Shown here: positions 16,910-39,849 of the stretch, piece by piece
How the letters are laid out: every line of letters begins with the position of its first letter
Position numbering within the stretch: the stretch's first letter is position 1
From: the human T2T-CHM13v2.0 reference genome, Homo sapiens
DNA: 64,000 bases
Reading direction: 5' to 3' (one strand)
Assembly (NCBI RefSeq): GCF_009914755.1
Contig: NC_060947.1
The notes under the pieces: generated by a model
Told to the model about the DNA's origin: nothing
The model's input: the letters and a program-made list of their open reading frames with translations, nothing else
Database searches by the model: none
Translations under genes and position numbers: made by a program

Positions 16910-17144
16910 TCCTCTTTGTCAACCGCATGTACAGTAAGAAAAGCAGACAAGATGGCGCCGATCAACTGGAAATCCCATTTGCTTAAGATTAGGGTGGGGC
17001 GACCAGCCTTCCCCACGCACTCTATGGATGTCATGCCGGATGGAACCAATCTTTGAGCCCTACGTAAATGAAACACCGCCTTCACCAGCCTGCCTATAAA
17101 GTCTGCAGATGTCAGGTGCCTCCCACCTTTTTGGCTCTCTTTCT

Positions 17145-17235
17145 CTCTCTCTCTCCTTCCCTCCCCTTCCCTCCCCTTCCCTCCCTCTCCCTCACTCTCC
17201 CCCACTCCCTCTCCCCCTCCCCCTTTCTCTCTCTG

Positions 17236-17272
<37 letters not shown>

Positions 17273-17413
17273 AGGAGCTGCTCTCCTCCTTTCTTCTGTT
17301 GAGACGTGTGTGTGTCTGTCTTTCTGTCTGTCTCTTTCTCTCTCTCTCTCTCTCTCTCGCAAGGAGCTGCTCTCCTTTCTTCTGTTGAGACATGTGTGTG
17401 TCTGTCTCTGTCC

Positions 17414-17453
<40 letters not shown>

Positions 17454-17505
17454 AGGAGCTGCTCTCCTTTCTTCTGTTGAGACATGTGTGTGTCTGTCTC
17501 TGTCC

Positions 17506-17536
<31 letters not shown>

Positions 17537-17607
17537 GCAAGGAGCTGCTCTCCTCCTTTCTTCTGTTGAGACGTGTGTGTGTCTGTCTTTCTGTCTCTGT
17601 CCCTCTG

Positions 17608-17648
<41 letters not shown>

Positions 17649-17716
17649 AGGAGCTGCTCTCCTCCTTTCTTCTGTTGAGACGTGTGTGTGTCTGTCTTTC
17701 TGTCTCTGTCCCTCTG

Positions 17717-17755
<39 letters not shown>

Positions 17756-17922
17756 AGGAGCTGCTCTCCTCCTTTCTTCTGTTGAGACGTGTGTGTGTCT
17801 GTCTTTCTGTCTCTTTCTCTCTCTGTCTCTGTCTCTCTCTCTCTCTCTCTCACAAGGAGCTGCTCTCCTCCTTTCTTCTGTTGAGACGTGTGTGTGTCTG
17901 TCTTTCTGTCTCTGTCCCTCTG

Positions 17923-17967
<45 letters not shown>

Positions 17968-18035
17968 AGGAGCTGCTCTCCTCCTTTCTTCTGTTGAGAC
18001 GTGTGTGTGTCTGTCTTTCTGTCTCTGTCCCTCTG

Positions 18036-18074
<39 letters not shown>

Positions 18075-18136
18075 AGGAGCTGCTCTCCTCCTTTCTTCTG
18101 TTGAGACGTGTGTGTGTCTGTCTTTCTGTCTCTTTC

Positions 18137-18170
<34 letters not shown>

Positions 18171-18340
18171 ACAAGGAGCTGCTCTCCTCCTTTCTTCTGT
18201 TGAGACGTGTGTGTGTCTGTCTTTCTGTCTCTGTCCCTCTGTCTCTTTCTCTCTCTCTCTCTCTCTCTCGCAAGGAGCTGCTCTCCTCCTTTCTTCTGTT
18301 GAGACGTGTGTGTGTCTGTCTTTCTGTCTCTGTCCCTCTG

Positions 18341-18379
<39 letters not shown>

Positions 18380-19600
18380 AGGAGCTGCTCTCCTCCTTTC
18401 TTCTGTTGAGACGTGTGTGTGTCTGTCTTTCTGTCTCTTTCTCTCTCTGTCTCTGTCTCTCTCTCTCTCTCTCTCACAAGGAGCTGCTCTCCTCCTTTCT
18501 TCTGTTGAGACGTGTGTGTGTCTGTCTTTCTGTCTCTGTCCCTCTGTCTCTTTCTCTCTCTCTCTCTCTCTCTCGCAAGGAGCTGCTCTCCTCCTTTCTT
18601 CTGTTGAGACGTGTGTGTGTCTGTCTTTCTGTCTCTTTCTCTCTCTGTCTCTGTCTCTCTCTCTCTCTCTCTCACAAGGAGCTGCTCTCCTCCTTTCTTC
18701 TGTTGAGACGTGTGTGTGTGTGTCATTCTGTCTGTCTCTGTCCCTCTGTCTCTCTCTCTCTCTGTCTCTGTGTCTCTCAGTCTGTCTCTCTCTCCCTCTC
18801 TCTCTGTCCATCTCTCTCTCTCTGTCTCTCTCTCTGTCCCTCTGTCTCTGTCTCTCTGTCTCTCACAACGAGCTGCTCTCCTCTCTCCTTTCTTCTGTTT
18901 GGACGAGTGTGTGTGCCTGTGTCTGTCTGTCTGTCTGTCTGTCTCACTGTCTCTCTCTGTCCCTCTGTCTCTCTCTATATCTGTCTGTCTGTCTCTTCCT
19001 CTCTGTCTGTCTCTCTCTCTGTCTCTGTCTCTCTCTCAAGGAGCTGCTCTCCTCTCTTTTTTTCTCTTCAGACTTGTCTGTGTGTGTGTGTCTGTCTGTC
19101 TGTCTCTCTGTCTCTCTCTGTCCCTCTGTCTCTCTCTGTCCCTCTGTCTCTGTCTCTGTCTCTTTCTCTATCGCAAGGAGCTGCTCTCCTCTCTTCTGTT
19201 TGGACCTCTCTGCTTGTGTGTGTCTGTGTGTGTGTGTGTCTGCCTCTCTCTCTCTCTCTCTGTCTCTCGCAAGGAGCTGCTGTCCTCTCTCCTTTCTTCT
19301 GTTCAGACCTCTGTGTGTGTGTGTGTGTCTCTCTCTCTGTCTCTGTGTGTGTCTGTTTCTCTCTCTGTGTGTCTCTTTGTATCTGTGTGTTTGTGTGTGT
19401 CTGTCTCTCTGTCTCTGTCTGTCTGTCTGTCTTTCTCTCTCTCTCTCTCTCTCTCGCAAGGAGCTGCTCTCTTCTCTTTTCTCCTGTTCGGACTTGTGTG
19501 TGTGTGTCTGTCTCTGTCTGACTGCCTCTCTTTGTCTCTGTCTCTCTATCTCTCTGTCTCTCTCACAAGGAGCTGCTCTCCTCTCTCCTTTCTTCCCTGT
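17145..19600 (+). repeat. CT/GT-rich compound VNTR, ~90-110-bp unit, about 21 copies
   Basis: Core caaggagctgctctcctcctttcttctgttgagacgtgtgtgtgtc separated by variable (CT)n; distal copies are more diverged. Confidence 0.95.
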
Positions 19601-19725
19601 CCTCAATTATTTCTCAGAGTGAGACAAGGAACTCCAGGGTATACACCCCGCACGACGTAGCTGTTTCCAACACCAGGGGTCTTAGCTAGAAAAAGTGAGT
19701 GTATGTAATCGTCAGCATTTGCTAC

Positions 19726-20355
<630 letters not shown>

Positions 20356-20371
20356 AAAACATAAAAATGTA

Positions 20372-21622
<1,251 letters not shown>

Positions 21623-22542
21623 CACAGAGTCTTGCTATGTTGCCCAGGCTGGTCTCGAACTTCTGGGGTAAGTGATGCTCCCACCTCAACCTCTCAAAGT
21701 GGTGGGATTACAGGCGTGAGCCGCCGCGCCCGGCCTCCATGAGTCTGATTTTAACCCATGTCTTTTGTATTTCTCAGTCCTTGTCCACACATCTCATCAC
21801 ACACGTGCGCAGCAAACAGGCACACCCAGTGTGAACCCAGGCACAGCTCTCCGAGAGAACTCTAGTCAACACGTCGTCCGTGGGACATCGGCTGTATTTC
21901 TGTTCCTTTCCTTCTTTTCTGTCTCTTTCTCTTATTTCCCAAAACTCCGTTGTGTTTCTGATTTGTTCACATCGCTTTCGGCAAAAGGAAAACACAATGG
22001 TAAGTGGGGTTTATAAATCTATCTTCGTTATCAAGGGAAGATTGAAACGGCATGGAGACAAATGAAATTAACTGTGCACGGGACACACCGTCAACAAAAC
22101 GCTAATAAGTGCAGAAAGACTGTTTAGCAGGAAACATGTCCAAAAAAAAAAAAGAAAAGAAAGGATCTTAATCATGGTTTAAGCTTATCTGATGGATTTC
22201 AACAGAGACACATCAAGTCTAATTGAATGTTTACGTGCACTTTTTATGGTTTCTGTATTCTGTGTAATGAAATAACATTACAAAAAAGCGTTGAGACGCA
22301 AGAAACTCTGGGATTCTTCTAAAGGGAGAGTTGGAGTTACTACATTCAACATGGACGGCTTCTCTTCTGTATTTCAACAGCGTTATCGTCTGCAAATTTG
22401 GAGATTCTCTGAAAGCTTCACGGCCATCCTGGGTCTCAAACTCTTTGAATATTCATACTGTAAACTATCTGACAACATGGGATTGGGTTTTGGCATTCTC
22501 TAGGTCTACTGAGAGAGGTTCTGGAATGCAATTTAACTTTAA

Positions 22543-23294
<752 letters not shown>

Positions 23295-23619
23295 ATCTAT
23301 CCATCCATCACATCTCTTTATCTACCCATTCATCTTATTTATTTGTCTATTTATGTATAATCGGTCTATCCATTTCATCTATCTATCTATATACCAACCT
23401 ATCATCTATCTATCCATTCATCTATGTATATCTATCTATCCATCTATGTGTCTATCTACGTATCTATTATCTATCTATCCACTATCACTAATCTATCATC
23501 TATATATCCACCTATATCATCTATCATCTCTCGAGTCATGTCATGTATCATCCATCTATGTATCTATGTATGTATGTATGTATGTATGTATGTATGTATC
23601 TATCTATCTATCTATCTAT

Positions 23620-24040
23620 CATGAACCCAAAATATCTGAGACAGGTGTCAATCAATTTAGCAGGTTTATTTTGCCAACGTTAAAGACACACCCATGAGAC
23701 GGCCTCAGGAGGTCCTGACGACAGGTGTTCAAGGTGGTTGGGTCACAGCTTGGTTTTATACATTTTAGAGAGACATGAGACATCAATCAATGTGTGATAC
23801 TGTAAGTTGTGCATTGGTTTGGTCCGGAAAGGTGAGACAGCTCAAAGTGAGGAGGGGGCTTATAGGTGATAGGTAGGAATTTCCTTGTGGACAGATTGTG
23901 AGGGACATATGTGATCTTTGTATCTCTGTAGCGATCTTATTTACGAATAAAATAGGAGGCAGGTTTGCCTGATGCCGTTTCCATATTGACTTTTTCCTTT
24001 GGCTTAGTGATTTGGGAGTCCTAAGATTTATTTTTCTTCC
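23620..24040 (-). mobile_element. MER4A-like ERV1 LTR
   Basis: aaaatatctgagacaggt...gcctcaggaggtcctgacgaca...cttagtgatttgggagtcctaagatttatttt. Confidence 0.85.
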
Positions 24041-25149
24041 TATCAATCTATCTATCTATCCATCCATCCATCTATTCATCCTTCCATCTATCCGTTTATG
24101 TATGTATGTATGTATCTATCTATCTATCTATCTATCTGTCTATCTATCTGTCTGTCCATCCATCCATCTATTCATGTATGTATGTATGTATGTATGTATC
24201 TATCCACCCATCCATCCAGCTATTCATGTATGTATGTATGTATCCATCCATCCATCCATCCATTCATCTATGTATGTATGTATGTATGTATATATGTATC
24301 TATCTATCTATCTATCTGTCGATTTATCCATCCATCCATCCATCCATCCATCTATCCATGTGTGTATGTATGTATGTATCTATCCATCCATCCATCTATC
24401 CATCTAAGTATGTATGTATGCGTCTGTCCATCCATCCATCCATCTATTCATGTACGTATATATATATCTATCCATCCATCCATCCATCCGTCCATCCATC
24501 TATCCGTCTATGTATGTATGTATGCATCTATCTATCCATCCATCTGTCCATCTATGTATGAATGTATGTATGTGTCTGTCTATCCATCCATCCATCCATC
24601 CATCTATTCATGGATGTATGTATCTATCCATCCATCCATCCATTTATGCATCTATGTATGTATGTATGTATGTATCCATCCATCCATCCATCTATCCATG
24701 TATGTATGTATCCATCCATCTATCCATCTATGTATGTATGTATGTATCTGTCTGTCTATCTATCCATCCATCCATCTATCCATGTATGTATGTGTGTATG
24801 TATGTATGTATCTATCCATCTATGTATGTATGTATGTGTCTGTCTATCCATCCATCCATCCATCAACTCATGTATGTATGTATCTATCCATCCATCCATC
24901 TATTCATCTATGTATGTATGTATGTATCTATCTATCTATCCATCAATCCATCCATCCATCCATCTATCCATGTATTTGTGTATCTATCCTTCCATCCATC
25001 TATGTATGTATGTATATATTTATCTATCCATCATCTACCATCTATTTATCTATCTCATCTTTCTGTTTATCGTGTATCTATCAGTCATCTATCCACCCAT
25101 CTCCTGCCCCCTCCCCCTGTGTATCTACTTGTGTACTTACCTATCTATG

Positions 25150-25355
25150 GCAACCAGAGAGCTTTTACCCCCAGGAGATATTTTGCAATATCTGGTGGCA
25201 ATTTTGGTTGTCACAACTGGGGAGGGGGTGGTCCTGGCACCTGGTGGGTGAAGCCCAGGGTCTCTGCTCAACACCATACAGTGCCCAGGACAGCCCCACC
25301 GCGGAGAATCCTCCATCCCCAAATGTCAGCAGAGCCTGGGCAGAGAGACCTTGAA
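25150..25355 (+). mobile_element. MER20 (hAT-Charlie DNA transposon)
   Basis: ttttggttgtcacaactgggg...cagtgcccaggacagcccc...ccaaatgtca. Confidence 0.85.
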
Positions 25356-25903
25356 ATAGACAAGCATTAATTTCTCTCAGCTATAGATTTGATAACTTAA
25401 CAAAATGTCTGTTCCTTGCCACCTCCTCTGATTTTTCGCTTTTACAGTTCCCCCAAATGGAACGCCATAACTAACCACAACCACAAATACACTCAGAGCT
25501 AAAGCCACATGGCCCCCTATTGGAGGAAAAGCAGGACCCAAGAAACAATTCCTGGCGTCCAACTGACCTTTGCAGGTTTCGCTAGAACATTCAGAAGTCA
25601 CTGTGGCTGTCCCCAGGGGCCCAGAGTCATTGTGAGAAGCTCAGAGAAGCAGGGGACCCCGCGGACAGCAGCTGGGCACGGGGTCCTTTGTGCAAAAGTC
25701 TTTCAAATTCAAATCTCCCTCCCTCCCCTGGGCTGTAAAATCCCTTCTCCCGCCAGTAACACAGCTCTCCCTGGATTTACAGCTGCAATGTTTACCACCA
25801 GCCTGCTGAGCTCACAGCTTAGAGCCAGGCTTACCCTTTCAGAGCGAATTTTCACTGAGGCCAGTCTACTTTCCAAGCAGCGACTCTGAGAATGTCTTCT
25901 AAG

Positions 25904-26180
25904 CTGTGGCATAACTGTCCAAGTGGTTCTTCCTGCCTGCTGAATAAAGACTCACAGCATTGCCGTAGACAAAGAATTTAAGAGACACAAGGCCGGCCAT
26001 GCCATGTGGCAGGCGGAGTACCTACTCAAGGCTCAGAGATAGGGGTTTTTCAAAGGCAGTGTTGTTACCAGAAAGGGGTCTTGCTCCAGACCCCAAGAGA
26101 GGGTTCCTGGTCCTTGCACAAGAAACAATTCAGGGCGAGGCCATAGAGTAAAGTGAGAGCAAGTTTATGAAGAAAGTAGA
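25904..26180 (-). mobile_element. Two abutting ERV1-class LTR fragments
   Basis: aactgtccaagtggttcttcctgcc... followed by tgttaccagaaaggggtc...cccaagagagggttcctgg (same family as 13154). Confidence 0.55.
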
Positions 26181-26182
26181 GG

Positions 26183-27386
<1,204 letters not shown>

Positions 27387-27392
27387 TTAAGA

Positions 27393-28405
<1,013 letters not shown>

Positions 28406-28731
28406 TTAAAAAAAAATCCAAGATTTCTGTGTGTCACAAAATATTTACGAAATTAAAGGGAAGTTCAGAGACCACGTGGAAAATACATTCTAAACCAAAG
28501 CATCATTACTACACAAGGAGGTGTTTCAAATCAAACGTGAAGTTTCCCCCAATGAAAAAGTCAAACGGCACAAGATAAACGGTCGGAATCAACAGAACAC
28601 GTTCGACTTCAGTAAAGATTACAGAAATACTTTCTTTAAAACAAGGAGACCTCACTTGAATTTTCTACATTGCATGCTTTTCTGCCCTCCAGAGCTGAAA
28701 ACTCAGAAGCTTTGAAAATGCCCATTCTCTT

Positions 28732-29040
28732 GGCTGGGCGCGGTGGTTCACGCCTGTAGTCCCAGCACTTTGGGAGGCCGAGGCGGGTGGATCACCTGAG
28801 GTCAGGAGTTCGAGACCAGCCAGGCCAATATGGTGAAACCCGTTCTCTACTAACAATACAAAAATTAGCTGGGTGTGGTGGCGGGCGCCTGTAGTCCCAG
28901 CTACTCAGGAGGCTGAGGCAGGAGAATCTCTTAGAACCCGGGAGGTGGAGGTTGCGGTGAGCCGAGATCGCACCACTGCACTCCAGCCTGGGCGACAGAG
29001 CAAAAAAAAAAAAAAAAAGAAAGAAAGAAAAAGAAAAGAA
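28732..29040 (+). mobile_element. Alu with TSD gaaaatgcccat
   Basis: TSD at about 28714 and 29038. Confidence 0.93.
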
Positions 29041-29301
29041 AATGCCCATCCCGTTGGATCCAGGCATTGCATTTTTTACCAAGTGTTACAAAGTCAAAAC
29101 AAGCAAGGAGAAATCACAGTAAAAAGAAAATTACACAGTGCAAACACGCCCAAAATGAGAAGCTTGTCTGTGCGGAAGGAGAGATGCTTTGTGTGCTTTA
29201 GAGATGTTTTACTTATATGGGTGAAAAATAGATATATGTAAAAATAGAATATGTGAAAAATAGAATAAAATCACATATATGAGAAATAGAATTAAAAATG
29301 A

Positions 29302-29952
<651 letters not shown>

Positions 29953-30122
29953 AGTTGCAGCGAGAGAGAACGGACAAACAGAGGAGTCAGGAGAAGCCAT
30001 GGGGAAGAGAGAATGGAAGAAAGAGGCTCAAACTCAGACCCTGGAGAAGGAGAGGGGCAGGGTTGGCCACCCACAACCGTATCCACAGTCCAGAGAATGC
30101 TGTAGTTACAAGATACAAATAG

Positions 30123-30503
<381 letters not shown>

Positions 30504-31182
30504 TAAACAATTAAGTGTTCAGCAGTGGATGACTTCAGCAATGAGTTAGAAGACGACCGAGCAGAGGTGAAGGAGATGTCATTCCATTTCCTCGTCCAGG
30601 CTGGCTGTCCGGCCTCCCCGCGTCCCTCGGAAGACGATGCTGAAATCCCGTTGTGTCTATGGCGATGGCAGACGGGGGACAGCCAGATTCTGAAGGCGTC
30701 CCCGGCTACATCTGTTCCCATTTTCTCCTCGGCCGGGCCATACCAGCGGGAGCGGAAATTCAGTTTTAATAACACAGACCCCCCAAACCCATTTCTGAAG
30801 GCAGTTTGCGGGGTGACCTCAGTGTGGATTGTAAATATAAAATTCATATGTGCTGGGCTTCCTGACTGTAATTACCTATCAAAAGTTTCAGGGTTTCAGT
30901 GAAATTCCTTATGAAACAACAAATAGTCTCACGGTGGAATCTCACCCCCACCTCTCCCTCTCTACATGCCTGGGACAGAGAATTGATTCTTACGTTTCAT
31001 GCACAGGACAGACAAGTGTATTTGGTATTTTAATCCCATCCCAAGATGTCTGTGTGGAGTTAATTTTCCTCATGGAATATTTCCTTTCTGCTCATGTGCT
31101 GCAGGAGAACAGCTACCCACGACTCTCCAGGCAGTGTGGCAGGAGGAGAGAGAAGGGGAGGCTCTGCAGAATTCTTCGTCTT

Positions 31183-32492
<1,310 letters not shown>

Positions 32493-32844
32493 CACTTTTC
32501 TTCATGACTGAGTTTTTGGTGCTCTTTTAAACTATATATATACTATATATATATAATAAAATATATATTTTAAGTCATATATATAAAATATATGTAATAA
32601 AATTTAAATATTTGTATTTTCTTTATGCTAGAACCAATTAAATTATATATAATGATTATATTCTCATATTAAATCTTAAATTCTCTTAAATTATAAGAAG
32701 AATTCCACTGGTTCTAGCATTAAGAGAAGACGAATGTTTAAGGTGACAGATATCCCAAGTGAACTGATTTGATTTTTACAAAGTACCCTTAAATTATGCA
32801 CCTTTTCTTTTATGCATCAAGTTTTCTTTTATGCATCAAAGGAG

Positions 32845-33468
<624 letters not shown>

Positions 33469-33821
33469 TTAATTCCGGTATTCCCGGCTGATGCCAGGAG
33501 AAGCTGCCGAGTGTGACATCCTCCCAGCTGGCTGGCGGACACCGTCTAGTTTATATATTCAGAGACATCATTTCAGCCACCTCTGTTTCCTCTGCCGTCA
33601 AATACATGACTGGAGGTAGCTTCTGAAAGTCCTCAGCCGTAACGATCCAGCAGGCTCATTAATAGAGACGGAACGGATCATCACTCGCTTACTTATCGGG
33701 TACAAATTGAAATCTTCAGAGTCCCGGCTGGTTCATTAGCAAATCAGGCCTCTGTGGGACAACATGATACATTGCCTAATAAGCAATTAATAGATTCCTC
33801 AGTTATTTGATGCATGCACTT

Positions 33822-33839
33822 TGTGTGTGTGTGTGTGTG

Positions 33840-33872
<33 letters not shown>
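33822..33872 (+). repeat. (TG)n microsatellite
   Basis: About 25 TG units with one CG interruption. Confidence 0.97.
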
Positions 33873-33873
<1 letters not shown>

Positions 33874-34044
33874 GTTGGAGCCAGGCGGAACGAGGTCCTG
33901 TCCACAACTTTAGCCATTGTGGTATCTGATTAGAATTGACCATTCAATGTCAAATGAATTCCGATGCATCCTAACGGCGGATGTCACTGGCCTAAGGACC
34001 CCCCAGTTAAGCCACCTGCCCCATCCTACGTGGACATCTGCTGT

Positions 34045-34368
<324 letters not shown>

Positions 34369-34429
34369 TAAATACAGGTGCACTTTCCAGGTTGACCCTT
34401 CTGGCTGGTGGACTTACAGGTGCAGCAAA

Positions 34430-35088
<659 letters not shown>

Positions 35089-35247
35089 GGCACCAGATTC
35101 AAAAGGGTGCCGAAAACTGAGTCACTGAGACAAGTAATAATTTATTGCAATGATTTTGAAAAATCCAGGAGAATGCCGCAAGTCTGCAATGAACACGGCA
35201 GCCACATCTTAAAGAAACAGGTGTAGGTAAAGACAGGTAGAAGCGGC

Positions 35248-36738
<1,491 letters not shown>

Positions 36739-37219
36739 TAACCGTCTTCTCACTCTACTTGGCAGGTGTTTCTTCTATTTTAGTAGCTGGAGTTTTTGAG
36801 TCCTCTGAACTTTTGGAGCAGGTGCCTCTCTGGACGTAACCATCTTCTTACTCTACTTGGCAGGTGTTTCTTCTATTTTAGGAGCTGGAGTTTTTGAGTC
36901 CTCTGAACTTTTGGAGCAGGCGCTGCCTTCTGGCCTGCGGCTTTCTGGGAAAGAATCTTCTGGGCTGTAGCCTTCTTACGCACGGCGGTCATCTTTTTCG
37001 CTGGAACTTTACCAGCAGCTGCAGCTGCAGCCGTACCCCTTAGCAGCAGGTGCCTTTTTGGAAGAAGCTTTCAGGAGGGCTGCCTTTTGAAGCGTCTTAA
37101 CTTTATTCTTGATAATTCTGTTCCTCATTTTCTTTGCCTTCATAACTTTAAAATGATCCAAATCTGTCGTCTTGGCTTTTTGGAGAAGCTTTCAGGAGAG
37201 CTGCCTTTCGAAGCTTCTT

Positions 37220-37504
37220 TTTTTTGAGATGGAGTCTTGCTCTGTCACCCAGGCTGGAGTGCAATGGCACCATCTCAGTTCACTGCAACCTCTGCCTCCC
37301 GGTTTAAGCGATTCTCCTGCCTCAGCCTCCCGAGTAGCTGGGATTACAGGCACCCGCCACCACGCCCAGCTCATTTTTGTATTTTTAGTAGAGACGGGGT
37401 TTCACCATGTTGGCCAGGCTGGTCTCGAACTCCTGACCCCAGGTGATCCACCCGCCTCGGCCTCCCAAAGTGCTGGGATTACAGGCGTGAGCCATTGTGC
37501 CCGG
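37220..37504 (-). mobile_element. Alu inserted in the RPL14 pseudogene (TSD gaagcttctt)
   Basis: TSD at about 37210 and 37511. Confidence 0.93.
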
Positions 37505-38084
37505 GGTCTTGAAGCTTCTTCATTTCATTCCTGATGGTTGTGTTCCCATGTTCTTTGCTTGCATAACTTTAAAACGATTGAACTGTGTCATTTTGCCTTT
37601 CCTTTCTCTGGCTTCCATCTTCTTGGCCCCTCGTCTGGCTGCCCATTCTGTGTTGATGTGTAGCTTCTGCCAGGCCTGTCGGACGTACCTCTGGCGGGCG
37701 CGGTGTGGAAGCTTGAGGAGGAAATCTGTGAGCTGCCTGTGCTTGAAAGGCATGGCCTGTCTCCTCCTTTGAGTGCACGGTCCATCAACCAAAGCCCTCT
37801 TCCCATCAATAACATCTGTAGTCGCGACCGGTTTTCCAGCATGAGGTCCAAAGCAGACGTAGGCCACCCGGGCAACCTCCACGAACTCCCTGAACACCAT
37901 GTTGGCGGCCTTAGGCGAGAAGGTTAATCTTTTATTTTTAATTGGCAAATAATAATTATGTATGTGTTTAGGGTATAACGATATGTTTTCATCAATGTGG
38001 GAAGGATTAAATCAAGTTAACGCACCTGCCACCTCACCTACCTATTATCACCGTGTGTTTTCTTGTTTTTTTGGTGGTGGTGTT

Positions 38085-38764
<680 letters not shown>

Positions 38765-38990
38765 ACTACTTTATTTTTAATTGGCAAATAATTATGTATG
38801 CGTCCAGGGTGTCATGTTATGTTTTCATCGATGTGCGCAATGTGTAATGGTTAAATCACGTTGACACACCCACCATCTCACCTCCTTATTATCACTGTGA
38901 GTTTTTTAATGGTGGGAACATTCAAAAATTACTCTTTCAATGCAAAATCGATCACAAAAGCTGTCTAAGTTATGTAAAAATATTTCCCGC

Positions 38991-39541
<551 letters not shown>

Positions 39542-39849
39542 CTACTTACTGACAATCCCTTCTTGCAAACGCTCAACACAGAATTGCTGAGACCGTTAGA
39601 ACATCACAGAGCCCTCCCTCTGTGTTTCATGAATCTTGCCTCTTTCTGTTTTTTTATTTTTTGTAGAGATGTGGCGGGGGGGCTCTCACTATGTTGCCCA
39701 GGCTGGTCTCAAACCTCTGGCCTCAAGCCATCCTCCTGCCTCAGCCTTACAAAGTGCTGGGATCACAAGCATGAGTCGCCGCTGCACGGATGAATCGTGC
39801 GTCTTTTTACCTGCAACCATGTCCATCAACCCTCGTCGGTGTTAGTCAA

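Larger units (their letters stand above)
16481..19668 (+). mobile_element. ERV1 solo LTR (MER50-like) expanded by two internal tandem arrays
   Basis: 5' part taggagttaagaagaaatcacttaggcagat...; CCAAT near 17047, TATAAA near 17095; LTR-like end gagacaaggaactccagggtatacacccc at about 19621-19668. Confidence 0.75.

Noticed and set aside
16663-19600. Repeat-spacer appearance suggesting a CRISPR-like array
   Set aside because: The spacers are (CT)n variants or identical sequence rather than unique; there are no cas genes and the context is primate genomic DNA.
16876-19660. Very long ORFs (399-539 aa; RE-rich or SL-rich) on both strands
   Set aside because: They translate the CT/GA compound VNTR, which lacks stop codons by composition; several frames are open at once.
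37520-37948. 142-aa RPL14-like ORF as a functional gene
   Set aside because: Intronless, many non-conservative changes, frameshifted before the C-terminus and interrupted by Alus; kept as a pseudogene.
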